IMG/VR virus record: IMGVR_UViG_3300029288_000002
Location: 32,001-96,000 of that record
Direction: 5' to 3' (one strand)
Length of the DNA stretch: 64,000 bases
DNA from: a virus
Lineage: Duplodnaviria > Caudoviricetes
Part shown: positions 9,193-19,455 of the stretch, piece by piece
Position numbering within the stretch: position 1 is the stretch's first letter
Layout: each line of letters starts with the position of its first letter
The notes under the pieces: model-generated
Database searches by the model: none
Told to the model about the DNA's origin: nothing
Seen by the model: only the letters and a program-made list of their open reading frames with translations
Made by a program: the position numbers and the translations under genes

Positions 9193-11022
9193 TTAGACAA
9201 CACACACAAATTGACTTAAATAATCTAACATTGATTCTTCTTTTTGTTCTTTGAGTAGGTTTATATCGAAACAATTAGCTATAATATAGTTCGCGTACAG
9301 CATTGTCGTAAATCTATCTTTTACATGACCGGATTGTTCAGTTAATCTAACTAAGCCATTTACAATGCTCATATCCAAATTAACACACTCGTTTATCAAC
9401 AAGTTTGTTTGAGTATATGGATTCATCAAATAGCTATAAGTGTCAGGGTCTTCGTTTGAAGCTAAAAATTCTTTGTTGTTTTTTAATAGCCATACTTCGG
9501 CATCACTGTCTGTAATAAGAAACTTCCACATTTTGCGTTGTAATGACGCCCTCAATGACGCTGCCATTACACTGTTTAATTGCTGAGTTGCTCTAATTGG
9601 ATATATTACTGGTAACGCATCTACCCCCATTGTTGCAGCCCGTAATTCCTTAGCTAAAATATCATCTACAATAAGATCATCAACTACTGTAAACGCAGGA
9701 TAGGGAATCCCTCGTTCTTCGTGTGTCAAAGATTGGCTAAGTATGTCGAATACTGACTTCCCTGCTTGTTGCAAATCAAGAACAACATAATCTGCCCCAA
9801 AATCAAAAAATGTTTCTTTTATTTTTTGAGATTGTAAAACAACATTTGCCCCTTTATATGATTCCATACCTACCAAATATCTATCGTATCCTTTTCCTTG
9901 CATTGGCAGTAGGCGAATGGTTGATATAACAGAGTTATCATTCCCTCTTCCTGCACGAGTAGCAATATCTACTGATACTATTCTAATCTCACCAAGAGCT
10001 TTAGGCATAGATAATGTGGTTTTACGCTTATTGAAATCTTCGTTTTTTGTGACATAAAAAGCACGACTAACATTTCGAGTAAAAAACGCTGGCTTGAAAT
10101 AACTTTTTCCACTTGTACCAGAAGGAATATTTAAATATTCCATTTGTACAGCCATAGGGTCAGTATCTTTCATTTCATTGCGTAGCATTAGCTTAGTCTT
10201 AATATTATGATGTATTGCAACACTATAATCCAACGCCATAAACTTATTGCTAACGTCCCCTGCTACCATAGACTTAATTACAGATTTCACTGCACTAAAC
10301 CAATATTCTGATTTATACCACGCAGACGTAATATAACTAATTCTACCTTCTTCAATATACCTTTTATCGTTAGTATATTGTTTGTCAGTTCTAAATAAAG
10401 GAGTGCGCGAATATAAAAAAGGTCGAAGAACCGACTCGATAATTTCTCGCGGTACTAACTTAGATTCTTCAACAATAATATAATTTGCTCTGTGACCTAA
10501 ACTATTAACACTTGCTGAAACAACTTCGATTGTCGAACCGCAATTAAAATATGCTTTATATTCGTTAGAGTTAGTAGTAATTTTAGTAATTTCTCTGGCC
10601 ACATTAGAATATTTATCTTGAAGACTTTTCAGTTTATCACTTAAAATTAAACCACCTTGCTTGATTGTCTTAGCACATATAACCACTTGCATACCAGGAT
10701 ACAATACAGCCAGTGTTAAAGCCCAAACAGCAATAATCCACGATTTACCAATAGCGCGTGATGCCACAATATATGCAATATTACTATTGTTTAGCATCCA
10801 TATCATAACAACTTGATAAGGATATAACTTTATTTGAAAGTATTGCTCAATAAAGATATGCGGGTTTTGTCGGTAAAATGTTATCCAGCGTTTTAGTCTT
10901 TCTTTCTTTTTATCACTAATAGTATCAGCAAGAGTCTTAGAACCGCCTAATGGTTTTGAGGCAGGATTTTTACTCTTTGCTCTTTGTAAATATTCGTTTT
11001 GATAATTTTTTACAGAAGGCAT
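9193..11022 (-). CDS. terL: Terminase large subunit (YonF-like)
   Basis: Walker A 'ASRAIGKS', Walker B 'IIVEES', 'YITSAW', nuclease 'VSVDIA..NDNS', 'KDRF'. Confidence 0.92.
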   Translation of the reverse strand: MPSVKNYQNEYLQRAKSKNPASKPLGGSKTLADTISDKKKERLKRWITFYRQNPHIFIEQYFQIKLYPYQVVMIWMLNNSNIAYIVASRAIGKSWIIAVWALTLAVLYPGMQVVICAKTIKQGGLILSDKLKSLQDKYSNVAREITKITTNSNEYKAYFNCGSTIEVVSASVNSLGHRANYIIVEESKLVPREIIESVLRPFLYSRTPLFRTDKQYTNDKRYIEEGRISYITSAWYKSEYWFSAVKSVIKSMVAGDVSNKFMALDYSVAIHHNIKTKLMLRNEMKDTDPMAVQMEYLNIPSGTSGKSYFKPAFFTRNVSRAFYVTKNEDFNKRKTTLSMPKALGEIRIVSVDIATRAGRGNDNSVISTIRLLPMQGKGYDRYLVGMESYKGANVVLQSQKIKETFFDFGADYVVLDLQQAGKSVFDILSQSLTHEERGIPYPAFTVVDDLIVDDILAKELRAATMGVDALPVIYPIRATQQLNSVMAASLRASLQRKMWKFLITDSDAEVWLLKNNKEFLASNEDPDTYSYLMNPYTQTNLLINECVNLDMSIVNGLVRLTEQSGHVKDRFTTMLYANYIIANCFDINLLKEQKEESMLDYLSQFVCVV

Positions 11023-11024
11023 TT

Positions 11025-12110
11025 TTATTCATCTCCTTCTTCTACTGGCATATCCTCGTCAACATCTTGCGATTCGTCTGTATCTCCCAAATCATCATCA
11101 ACACCAGAATAATCACGAGAACCAGTAATAAACGATTTTATAGGTCTTGTAATATGCTTATTAAAATAATACTCTATATTATCAACGTCTTTAAACACTT
11201 CCCGCCCTTCAAGCCAATCGGCAGGTTCGGTTTCTTCTATCATATTTACAAATCCACTAAATGTTTGTGCAGCTTGTCCACCATTAGCAGCACTAACTTT
11301 ACCAGGGTCAATGCTTGCGGTTTTCATCAAATCCTGCAACTGCTTTACACCATCGCGTAGTTCTTTCCAATCCCCTTCGAGTCTACACTTCTGAATGTGC
11401 AATTCCTCAAAGCATATTTGTCGTAGCAAACTTACTTCGGGAGCAGTACTACTTCTGCATGTGGCTGAATATTCTGCAAACTTATTCTCTAAAAATAAAT
11501 AATCTCCATATTCATAACCATCACCCCAAGTTTGAGCAAAGGTGCGCTTTGCATCATCAAATGCTTCTGCTTCATCTATGCTTTTTTCAGAGGACTCGTC
11601 ATAGCTATAGCATAATGACTTTTCTTCTTCTGTATCTGCATCTTTTATAGATAGCATCAACAGCTTTTTGTATTCGCCAAAAACCTTTTCGTCATCTAAA
11701 GACTTGTGTTGTAATTCAAGATTTTGTTTCATGAACACAACAGTCTCATGTGAATATTTTACATTGATCATTCTACACAGTCTATTTAGAGTGTTGTTGA
11801 TGTCATATTTCTCTTCTTGAAATATAGTTTTATATAGTGTATTGATACATTCTTGACAAATAGACATATATCCATTTGTGTCTAACGGATCAACAGCCGC
11901 ATAAAACTTTGCTTTAGGTAAATCCCGTTGACATTTACGACAATATAATTTCTTCTTTGCAGTCTTAGTTGCTTGTGCGATTTTGCCAAAATCAGGTACA
12001 CCCTCAGTAGTAGTAGCCATTGGGGGTCTACCACGATGTAATCCCATTAGACTTCTTCCTGTCTCTGGAATATCAGAATTTTCAAAATTATTCGCTTTAT
12101 CTCTGGTCAT
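11025..12110 (-). CDS. Zinc-finger protein, putative terminase small subunit (YonG-like)
   Basis: 'CRKC..FY..ICQEC', 'TWGDGY..DYLFLE..QICFEEL'; directly upstream of terL. Confidence 0.65.
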   Translation of the reverse strand: MTRDKANNFENSDIPETGRSLMGLHRGRPPMATTTEGVPDFGKIAQATKTAKKKLYCRKCQRDLPKAKFYAAVDPLDTNGYMSICQECINTLYKTIFQEEKYDINNTLNRLCRMINVKYSHETVVFMKQNLELQHKSLDDEKVFGEYKKLLMLSIKDADTEEEKSLCYSYDESSEKSIDEAEAFDDAKRTFAQTWGDGYEYGDYLFLENKFAEYSATCRSSTAPEVSLLRQICFEELHIQKCRLEGDWKELRDGVKQLQDLMKTASIDPGKVSAANGGQAAQTFSGFVNMIEETEPADWLEGREVFKDVDNIEYYFNKHITRPIKSFITGSRDYSGVDDDLGDTDESQDVDEDMPVEEGDE

Positions 12111-12562
12111 TGTTCACCTATATCACTTTCAATACCAATATTATCAGATTTACTGGAATCAAAAAGACCAGATAAGTCTGGTCTTTGAGAAGTTATTACT
12201 TTTTCGGTTTCACTCATTTGTCTAAGTATTCTTTTCCCATATTGAAAAGGAAACAGAATCTCTTTTTCATCTTCTGGTACACGCCAATCCACATATCTAA
12301 TTAACTCTCGCATGGCAGAAAATGTATTCAGAGCAAAAGATATAAACTGCGCATATTCGTAAGAAGGTTTGCCAGTAAAAGGGTTTCGTATATCCTTTGC
12401 TATAATCCATTCTTCTTTATGATACCAGACATTTTTTCTTTTACTGGTTGGTATTGCAGATTTAATCCTTACTCTTGTTCTAATTTCAGCATATATATTA
12501 TATACAAGCTGGTTATTTTCATCTAATGAACTTTCCGATACCCATTTAATTTCATCGCCCAT
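12107..12562 (-). CDS. Hypothetical protein
   Basis: 151 aa; ATGA overlap with next gene. Confidence 0.7.
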   Translation of the reverse strand: MGDEIKWVSESSLDENNQLVYNIYAEIRTRVRIKSAIPTSKRKNVWYHKEEWIIAKDIRNPFTGKPSYEYAQFISFALNTFSAMRELIRYVDWRVPEDEKEILFPFQYGKRILRQMSETEKVITSQRPDLSGLFDSSKSDNIGIESDIGEQ

Positions 12563-12568
12563 AACTAA

Positions 12569-13576
12569 TTATACAAGCAATATTTTACGCTTCTCCTTCG
12601 TTAATAAATTAGTCTTAGCTCTGCCCATGCTACCGCAATTATCACAATGACAAACTTGATATTTTGCAGTAGCAGTATAGTAATAGTCATTTCCCCAAAC
12701 AAGAACGTCACTACCGCAATTCTTACAAACTGGCTGTTCGCCTTCTACCCAAACATTTAAATTCGGGTGATTAGTAATCCAGGGAAGAATCTTCAAGTAC
12801 AACATCTCAGTAATAGCAACATCGTTCTTATTATACTTTTGCATAGTGGCTAATGCTTCACTATCGCCAAAATAACACTTCTTCCAAAGCTCAAAGCCAC
12901 CAGTTTCAATTTTTTGTTCAAGACCAAGAAAGGCATTCACATAATCAAGTTTATTACTGGTCATAGAGAACTTGCTCTTCATCACCTTATACAAATCAAC
13001 AGAATGCTTATACTGGTTTGGCAGTAACAAACCATTCTTGATAAATCTACTATTCAACTTCTTTAAATCAAAACTATCGCCATTATATGTAACAACAATG
13101 TCTGCTTCATTGATCAGATTCCAAATTGACCTACAAATCCTATCATCATCGTGACTATTAGCTTCATCCGACGTTAGAACATCTGACATAATTTCTTTTT
13201 CAAATAACCATTTTGCCGACCAAGAAAACATTACATAGTCTTGAATGATATTACTTGGCTGAATTGTTTGATCATACGCACCCCACACAAACGCCAATAG
13301 AGGAGAGGTTTCAATATCAAAAACTAAAATCTTAGGTAAATCTTTTTTGGCTATTGTCTTTTGAGTAGTATACTCAGAAGTATTATCTAATGTATCAAAA
13401 TTACTTTGCTTAATTTTCAAGGATAAACCACGCGCTTTTCTTGCACGCTGGTACTTCTTACGCAAAGCATTTGCTGAACTAAATCCATAGAATAATGCTA
13501 ACTTATTCCAAAACTCTTTCTCATTAGCCTCATAGTGCTTAGAACACTCGTTAAATAATTCGTCATTCATTTTCAA
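12569..13576 (-). CDS. DnaQ/RNase H-like (DEDD) exonuclease with C-terminal zinc ribbon
   Basis: ExoI 'FDIET', ExoII 'YNGDSFD', ExoIII 'YNKND'; CKNC..CDNC. Confidence 0.85.
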   Translation of the reverse strand: MKMNDELFNECSKHYEANEKEFWNKLALFYGFSSANALRKKYQRARKARGLSLKIKQSNFDTLDNTSEYTTQKTIAKKDLPKILVFDIETSPLLAFVWGAYDQTIQPSNIIQDYVMFSWSAKWLFEKEIMSDVLTSDEANSHDDDRICRSIWNLINEADIVVTYNGDSFDLKKLNSRFIKNGLLLPNQYKHSVDLYKVMKSKFSMTSNKLDYVNAFLGLEQKIETGGFELWKKCYFGDSEALATMQKYNKNDVAITEMLYLKILPWITNHPNLNVWVEGEQPVCKNCGSDVLVWGNDYYYTATAKYQVCHCDNCGSMGRAKTNLLTKEKRKILLV

Positions 13577-14259
13577 TATCCTTTAATATCCTTTCCATAT
13601 TTAATCTCATAATAGAGATTTTCGTTTTCGTTATTCAACCTTGTTATTGCATCCATTGTATCTGTCACTTTAGCATTAAGCGCAAGCTCTTCTTTAGAAA
13701 CAACATCCCCTGTTTCAAGATCAGTACACACAATGTATAACATATTATCCTCTGGAATATCCTCAATGTCTAAATTATCATTGCTGAATTCGTCTTTTAC
13801 CATTGTTAAGTCTAATACAGGCAGTGGTCTTTTGAAAGCAGTCTCTTGTCGTATATCATCAGGTAAACTACTATCAGTATATCGTTCATTCCTTAGCCAT
13901 TTAGCTTTACGCATAAAATGCGAAGCAGTAAATCTAACATAGTCAACGCCTTCAATTACTCTATCGTAAAGATTAGACTTCCACTTATCGCCCTTATGAT
14001 ACACTCTCATTGCAAAGAAATTATTCCAATTTACTCCGTTACCCTCAGAAGCAGCTAAAAGAAAGAACTCTTCTATGCCTCTGATAACAAGATCAACCTT
14101 TTTCATTGGAATACCTGTTTGTTTTGATACCCATCTAACAAAGTGTTTACGCGCATATCTGCACGCAGTAACAGGGGGTTCTTTTCTACCTTTACCTTTG
14201 AAATTTCGGTAATTTGGATTCACACCAAGTTTCACTGTAATTATACCTACGCCTTTCAC
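13573..14259 (-). CDS. HU/IHF-like DNA-binding protein with C-terminal extension
   Basis: 'FVRWVSKQTGIPMKKVDLVI..GNGVNWNNFFAM..VRFTAS'; yonN-like position next to the YonO module. Confidence 0.65.
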   Translation of the reverse strand: MKGVGIITVKLGVNPNYRNFKGKGRKEPPVTACRYARKHFVRWVSKQTGIPMKKVDLVIRGIEEFFLLAASEGNGVNWNNFFAMRVYHKGDKWKSNLYDRVIEGVDYVRFTASHFMRKAKWLRNERYTDSSLPDDIRQETAFKRPLPVLDLTMVKDEFSNDNLDIEDIPEDNMLYIVCTDLETGDVVSKEELALNAKVTDTMDAITRLNNENENLYYEIKYGKDIKGY

Positions 14260-14342
14260 TATGCTTTTGTACCAATTTATATGTTTCTTCGTTACATTAT
14301 CATATTATACGAAGTCATTTTATTATGATTACACGAAAATAC

Positions 14343-14939
14343 TTAATAATTTAATTCGTATAAAAAATTAAAAATATTTCCTTTTGTATTAAACCTATAA
14401 ACTGCACACTTATAATATTTATGATTCTTTATATAAGATGCGTTTATAGTAGATGTTTCTTCATTATCGCTTATCTTAGAAATCTCTTTTTCAATGTCTT
14501 TTAATCTAACAGAAAACACTTTGCAGGTCTTCTTGCTTTCGTTAACAATTGAAAATACAATCCACACAGGAGTCGTTCTCTTTTGTATTTCGATATATTG
14601 TCTAATTTTGTATACCTCAACGTCTATGGTTGAATACGAATCATTTCCAGAAGCCTTACTTTCAACCCAAAAATAAAAATCTCTTTTTGACTTAAACAAC
14701 ATATCAGGCATTATAAATATAGCATCTTCAAATAAAAGCCTGTGACCATGCAAAATGCCATATTCATCATAACCAGGTTCAATATATTGACAATTAAACC
14801 TGTTTTCAATAAACTCATAATTTTCTACTTCACCATCTTTTGCGCCAGCTATAAATTCCCATCCCTTAATTTCATATAACGAATCTCGCAAAAAGTTTTC
14901 AATGTTTTGTCCAAAAGAGTCTGTTTTTGATTTATTCAT
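14343..14939 (-). CDS. PD-(D/E)XK-family nuclease (module copy 1)
   Basis: 'MPDMLF..FWVESK'; paralogue of 20890-21471. Confidence 0.65.
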   Translation of the reverse strand: MNKSKTDSFGQNIENFLRDSLYEIKGWEFIAGAKDGEVENYEFIENRFNCQYIEPGYDEYGILHGHRLLFEDAIFIMPDMLFKSKRDFYFWVESKASGNDSYSTIDVEVYKIRQYIEIQKRTTPVWIVFSIVNESKKTCKVFSVRLKDIEKEISKISDNEETSTINASYIKNHKYYKCAVYRFNTKGNIFNFLYELNY

Positions 14940-15367
14940 TTGTTGCGAATATAACCCCTTTCTACTTTAGTATAGTTTGAGTTATTTTCAATAGTTTCTT
15001 TATAAACCTCGTCATCCTCTAATTCAGCAAATGTAATTAGTACTGGCTGATAACTTTGTTCAACTTCTCTTCGATATTTAGTGTCAAACTTCAAACAATC
15101 ATTCCAAGTTAAATCATCTTCGTGATTGAATGTGTATTTCTTCCATCTCTTCAATAACGCATTCTTTGGATTGGAACAACTTTGCCAAGATAGATATTTG
15201 CGAATAGCCTTTTCGGGAATCAAATAGTCTGGCGAACCTACCATAGTAAACTTAATTTCCATATAAACAAAAAGAATTGTTTGATAGGTTGATTTCCCAA
15301 AATACTGTAGTGATAAAGATTCTAAGTTTTCCAAATATAGAATTTCTTCTAAATCTTCATTGGTCAT
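14936..15367 (-). CDS. Nuclease-partner protein (module copy 1)
   Basis: 'LSLQYFGK..QTI..EK..RK..WQS..H.DDLTW..C'; paralogue of 21464-21874 and 61899-62360. Confidence 0.75.
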   Translation of the reverse strand: MTNEDLEEILYLENLESLSLQYFGKSTYQTILFVYMEIKFTMVGSPDYLIPEKAIRKYLSWQSCSNPKNALLKRWKKYTFNHEDDLTWNDCLKFDTKYRREVEQSYQPVLITFAELEDDEVYKETIENNSNYTKVERGYIRNK

Positions 15368-15399
15368 ATTATCATCTCCTTTTAGACTCGACTATCTGT

Positions 15400-15428
15400 A
15401 GTATACACCCTCCCACTTACTTTGTCAA
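15400..15428 (-). promoter_or_regulatory. Sigma70-type promoter of module copy 1
   Basis: TTGACA-17-TATACT; the -35 overlaps the TGA of the upstream gene. Confidence 0.75.
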
Positions 15429-16225
15429 GTACCAGTTTCTTTCCCTCTAAACCTTTTCACATTTTGTCTAACCTTTTCCTTGCGCCGTAATTCTGCACAG
15501 TCTTTACAATACTTCTGATTTCTACGTTTAACAAACTCTTTACCACATGACTCACACGTGATTTTATCACCTAAATAACGATTACATTTGTCTAAAATAT
15601 CTATTTTACTTTTTATGTCTATTTCAAATGCAAACTCTGATGTATCATTTGCATATAACACCTTGATACTATCCATTTCACCAGCAATACCATCTATCAA
15701 TCCCCTTTGGTAAAACTCATATAACCATTCTTGTGTAACCTTTTTCTTACTTATGCTAATGTGTGCAGTCTGGATAATCTCCCATATATATTTGTTTGCA
15801 ACATAGTACCCATACATCTTTGGATATTCGTTCTCAATATCTCTTTTAGCAGTTGTGTATTTTAAAATCTTCGCATAACATAAAAGAATAAGTAGAAACT
15901 TGCGCTTTACAAAACCTTCTATTGACATAATCTTATCTACTTCGCCTTTTGTTATTGTCATACCTCCTACCTTTCTTAATTTAAATCTCATTCCTTGCTT
16001 TACTGCATTCTGAATTGCTTTGGCTTTCTTATATTCGTTGAAGTCGTTATAAGCCAATTCACATGCCGCAACTAACATTTGTTCTATTCGCACTTCGCCA
16101 AATCCTAAATTTCTTAGATGTTTAGCAAGTAAGGCAACTTGCCAAAAGGTAAAGTTGCCTACTTCTAAACCACACGTATAATATTGCTCTGCTAAGTCAT
16201 ATTCATTATAAATGTACTTTTGCAT
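15425..16225 (-). CDS. YonO-adjacent protein with C-terminal zinc ribbon
   Basis: 'CESCGKEF..QKYCKDC'; TAATG coupling to RNAP gene. Confidence 0.7.
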   Translation of the reverse strand: MQKYIYNEYDLAEQYYTCGLEVGNFTFWQVALLAKHLRNLGFGEVRIEQMLVAACELAYNDFNEYKKAKAIQNAVKQGMRFKLRKVGGMTITKGEVDKIMSIEGFVKRKFLLILLCYAKILKYTTAKRDIENEYPKMYGYYVANKYIWEIIQTAHISISKKKVTQEWLYEFYQRGLIDGIAGEMDSIKVLYANDTSEFAFEIDIKSKIDILDKCNRYLGDKITCESCGKEFVKRRNQKYCKDCAELRRKEKVRQNVKRFRGKETGT

Positions 16226-18909
16226 TATTCTCCAAGTTTTGTTTCAACGAGTTTATACTTTCCCCATAAATATTCTATATCGCCATCATCATCTTGTACA
16301 TACTCTTTCACTATCCCGCTACTATTAGATATAATGTTCAACAGTAACCCTTCTGGAAACATCTTCCATGCGAAATCTAAACTCTTATTGTTCTGATAGG
16401 TTACTAATACTGCGAGAGTCGCTAACTCTTGTTCATTACTCAAAATATCCAATGCTTCATTGTGTAATTCAAGCAAATATCCAGATAAATCTTCTTTGTC
16501 ATGCTTATTGTGCTTTATGGAAATATACTTCTTTAGTAAACCTTTCATCTTTTCTTCGTTTTCTAAACAATAGTTATCACCATTACCTAATAAAACATGC
16601 CAATCATAATCATTATTGCTTTTCCCATTCTTCTTTTGAATATATTCTAATTGTGACTGCATGTAATGGCTAATATTATTCATTAGACTATTGTTGTCTA
16701 TAAAATAACTAAACCGCTTGTATCTTTGCGATAATTCTAACGACTCTTCTGTCTTATCTTCTAATTTTTCATTGAAAGACTTCCCGTATCTAAGATAACA
16801 TAAATTATCATAACTGCGAATTTCTTTTCTATACTTCTTTAGATAATGAGGATATAGCCAAGTAAAGAAATAAGGTCTTTGTAATACTGCCACTCGATTG
16901 TTAAACTTTGCTTTTTCTATTTCGTCATCACTCATATCAGTAGTTGTTTTAGTATACTGAGTCCAATGTGCGGGCATCTTCTCTAATGTTCCAGTTTTAG
17001 CTCTATCAATCTCACTACCTTGATAAAATCGAGTAAGCAATATTCTGTGCCGCAATTCTACTGCTTCTGGGCTATTCACATCAAATTCAGCCAATAGAGT
17101 CTGCATTGATGTACTGGTATTCGTAATATAACCAATTGCAGTACCCAAACTCTTTTTCTCAGTATCCCTTAATCTATTTTCTGTAATGAGAACCTTTTCA
17201 GCAATCAGTTTATCATAATATACTGGATTACCGCCTCTTGCAGCTTTTCGTATAACTTCACTATCGGTAGAACAACATAAGTCGCCATCCCAATCACTGT
17301 CGGCATGTCGTAATACTGAGTCGTCGCGAATATTGTAGATTATACCCGAAGTAATATAACTATACCAGTCATTCTTTTCATATACGAAACTTAGCTTTTT
17401 CACATTAACTTCTGATGCAATAGTTAATGGTGCGCGGAACAAAGTTATTTCAGCAGGCATGTTTTCTACAAACAACCAATAATAACTATATGCTTCTCCC
17501 TCTTTCAATAATCCTTCAACTCTTTTACCACATATCCATTCCATCTGTGCTACAGGATCACTTATCATTATTTGATAGTTACCGTGTACTAAAAGATTAC
17601 CCAAATATGACTCTTTGACTTTTCCTATTAAATCGCGTTGTATTCTTTGTCTTACATATGGGTCGTTTGCTACTTCTGAATTTACACTCATCGCTCTAAT
17701 AACTATATCAACTGTGTTATCCTTTAGAAAGTTTTGCTTTTGTGTACACTCGCCTGCAAGAAACAATAACGCCATATCAGACTCATTGTTTGCAACATTG
17801 TTTATCCAAGTTACTGTGTCTTGACACAACAATGGTATTTCTTCTTTGGCTATATCAAGAGTCTGCAAAAATTGGTAATTCATAAACGAATGAGTTTTGT
17901 CTCTTTCAGGAGCATAACGCGATACACCAAAGTATAAATCGTTTATGTAACATCCTTCAAGCCATTGTTCGCAAGAGTCATAGCATTGCCACATTTTCAT
18001 TTGACTCGCAGATAAAAACACGTCTACAGTTTCAATCCTGTGTTTCTTTCCCCACACATCGGTAACATATTCTGCATTACTAACTTGCGCAAATTTACGA
18101 GTATCAAATGTAACAAGATTACCTTTCGTCCAGTTACCGCGTATAATGAACCAGGAAGGCACATAAGCCAAATCTAATTCATCAGCCCATTGTCTTGCAT
18201 ATTCTTTAGATATAAGCCCCTGACCATCAAAACAATTGAACTCAATTGGTACTACTTCTTCTGTTATTGTAGCACCGTGATCTTTTACATAGTCTACTTT
18301 TGTATTGCGTGTTATCTTATAATCAGGCACTACTACAATGTTGGGAGTAGACACTCTAAGCGTTGCACTCGAATTGAGTCCCATATATGCAAGGAACTTA
18401 GCAGGTACAATCTTTACATTTTCGTTTCTATCATTATTTAACGTTGTAAAAACTGCTTTGCGAATAGACTCTTCTACAAAAAATATAGTGCTTCTGCGTA
18501 AACTACCAGAAGAAGACAATAGTCTAATAAAACGTTTACCGTTTATCTCAAACCCGTTTACAATCTTATCGTAATGTTTATTACTATCAAACATAACCGA
18601 GACTAAATAAGGGCAGTATAGCATTCCGTCAATTTCACTATTTAATTTTAGTAATCTCTCTCTGTTGCTTTCATTATCTGGCAACCTTGCTATTCTTTCT
18701 TTCTCTTTAATTTTCCAATCTAACAGTTCTTGATTATGATACTTCCCTGTGATTTGGCGTATTGTATCTAATAATTGACAATTACCTATTCTTACAATTT
18801 CACCATTGTTACGAAAATCAGCAAGACTACCCACAATTTTTAGTTTGCTGTGGCGTAGCCTTGTTGATGTTAGTTTGACTATTTCAAAAGATTGTAGTTT
18901 TCTTGACAA
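16225..18909 (-). CDS. YonO-like single-subunit RNA polymerase (RdRP-like two-barrel fold)
   Basis: 894 aa; 'FDGQGLIS', 'IRGNWTKG', 'FRAP', catalytic 'DSDWDGD', 'IGYITN', 'EIDRAK'. Confidence 0.9.
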   Translation of the reverse strand: MSRKLQSFEIVKLTSTRLRHSKLKIVGSLADFRNNGEIVRIGNCQLLDTIRQITGKYHNQELLDWKIKEKERIARLPDNESNRERLLKLNSEIDGMLYCPYLVSVMFDSNKHYDKIVNGFEINGKRFIRLLSSSGSLRRSTIFFVEESIRKAVFTTLNNDRNENVKIVPAKFLAYMGLNSSATLRVSTPNIVVVPDYKITRNTKVDYVKDHGATITEEVVPIEFNCFDGQGLISKEYARQWADELDLAYVPSWFIIRGNWTKGNLVTFDTRKFAQVSNAEYVTDVWGKKHRIETVDVFLSASQMKMWQCYDSCEQWLEGCYINDLYFGVSRYAPERDKTHSFMNYQFLQTLDIAKEEIPLLCQDTVTWINNVANNESDMALLFLAGECTQKQNFLKDNTVDIVIRAMSVNSEVANDPYVRQRIQRDLIGKVKESYLGNLLVHGNYQIMISDPVAQMEWICGKRVEGLLKEGEAYSYYWLFVENMPAEITLFRAPLTIASEVNVKKLSFVYEKNDWYSYITSGIIYNIRDDSVLRHADSDWDGDLCCSTDSEVIRKAARGGNPVYYDKLIAEKVLITENRLRDTEKKSLGTAIGYITNTSTSMQTLLAEFDVNSPEAVELRHRILLTRFYQGSEIDRAKTGTLEKMPAHWTQYTKTTTDMSDDEIEKAKFNNRVAVLQRPYFFTWLYPHYLKKYRKEIRSYDNLCYLRYGKSFNEKLEDKTEESLELSQRYKRFSYFIDNNSLMNNISHYMQSQLEYIQKKNGKSNNDYDWHVLLGNGDNYCLENEEKMKGLLKKYISIKHNKHDKEDLSGYLLELHNEALDILSNEQELATLAVLVTYQNNKSLDFAWKMFPEGLLLNIISNSSGIVKEYVQDDDGDIEYLWGKYKLVETKLGE

Positions 18910-18974
18910 TAGTTTATCTCCTTTAGATACGGTTTTAGACTATCCCTCGACGCTCTCTTGCATAAACCCGCCTT

Positions 18975-19445
18975 TTAGTAGTATATTTCTTCAATAATCT
19001 TTTGAATATCAATCTTCTTCCAATAGCTCAAATCCATATTAGCATCTAAATATCTGGTTAGAATTTCCAGCTTCTCATTCTTACCAACCATATACCAATC
19101 TCTGCATTCGCACAACTTATAGTTTATATCATCTTTGGGAATGTGAACATATTCTGTAAACGACACCTTTTCGTTGCGGTTGTATACAGTGTCGCGTCTG
19201 TAAAACAAACACGCTGGTTCTTCACCATCACCGCCATCCATATATGCAGCTATATAAACCTCTGTTTTATTATCTCCTGTAACAGTACTGTCCTTCCAAT
19301 CAGCAATAATTTGTCCGTTTTCATACTCTTCGATCAATCCTGTTTCTAAAAGAATATTTGACAACACATCTCTCATTGCCAAAGTAAACTCACTAAAAGC
19401 ATAGTATTCTACCGTAATCTTGCCTGCCAAATTCGTAATATCCAT
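18975..19445 (-). CDS. Hypothetical protein
   Basis: 156 aa with AAGGAG RBS. Confidence 0.7.
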   Translation of the reverse strand: MDITNLAGKITVEYYAFSEFTLAMRDVLSNILLETGLIEEYENGQIIADWKDSTVTGDNKTEVYIAAYMDGGDGEEPACLFYRRDTVYNRNEKVSFTEYVHIPKDDINYKLCECRDWYMVGKNEKLEILTRYLDANMDLSYWKKIDIQKIIEEIYY

Positions 19446-19455
19446 ATTCTTCTCC

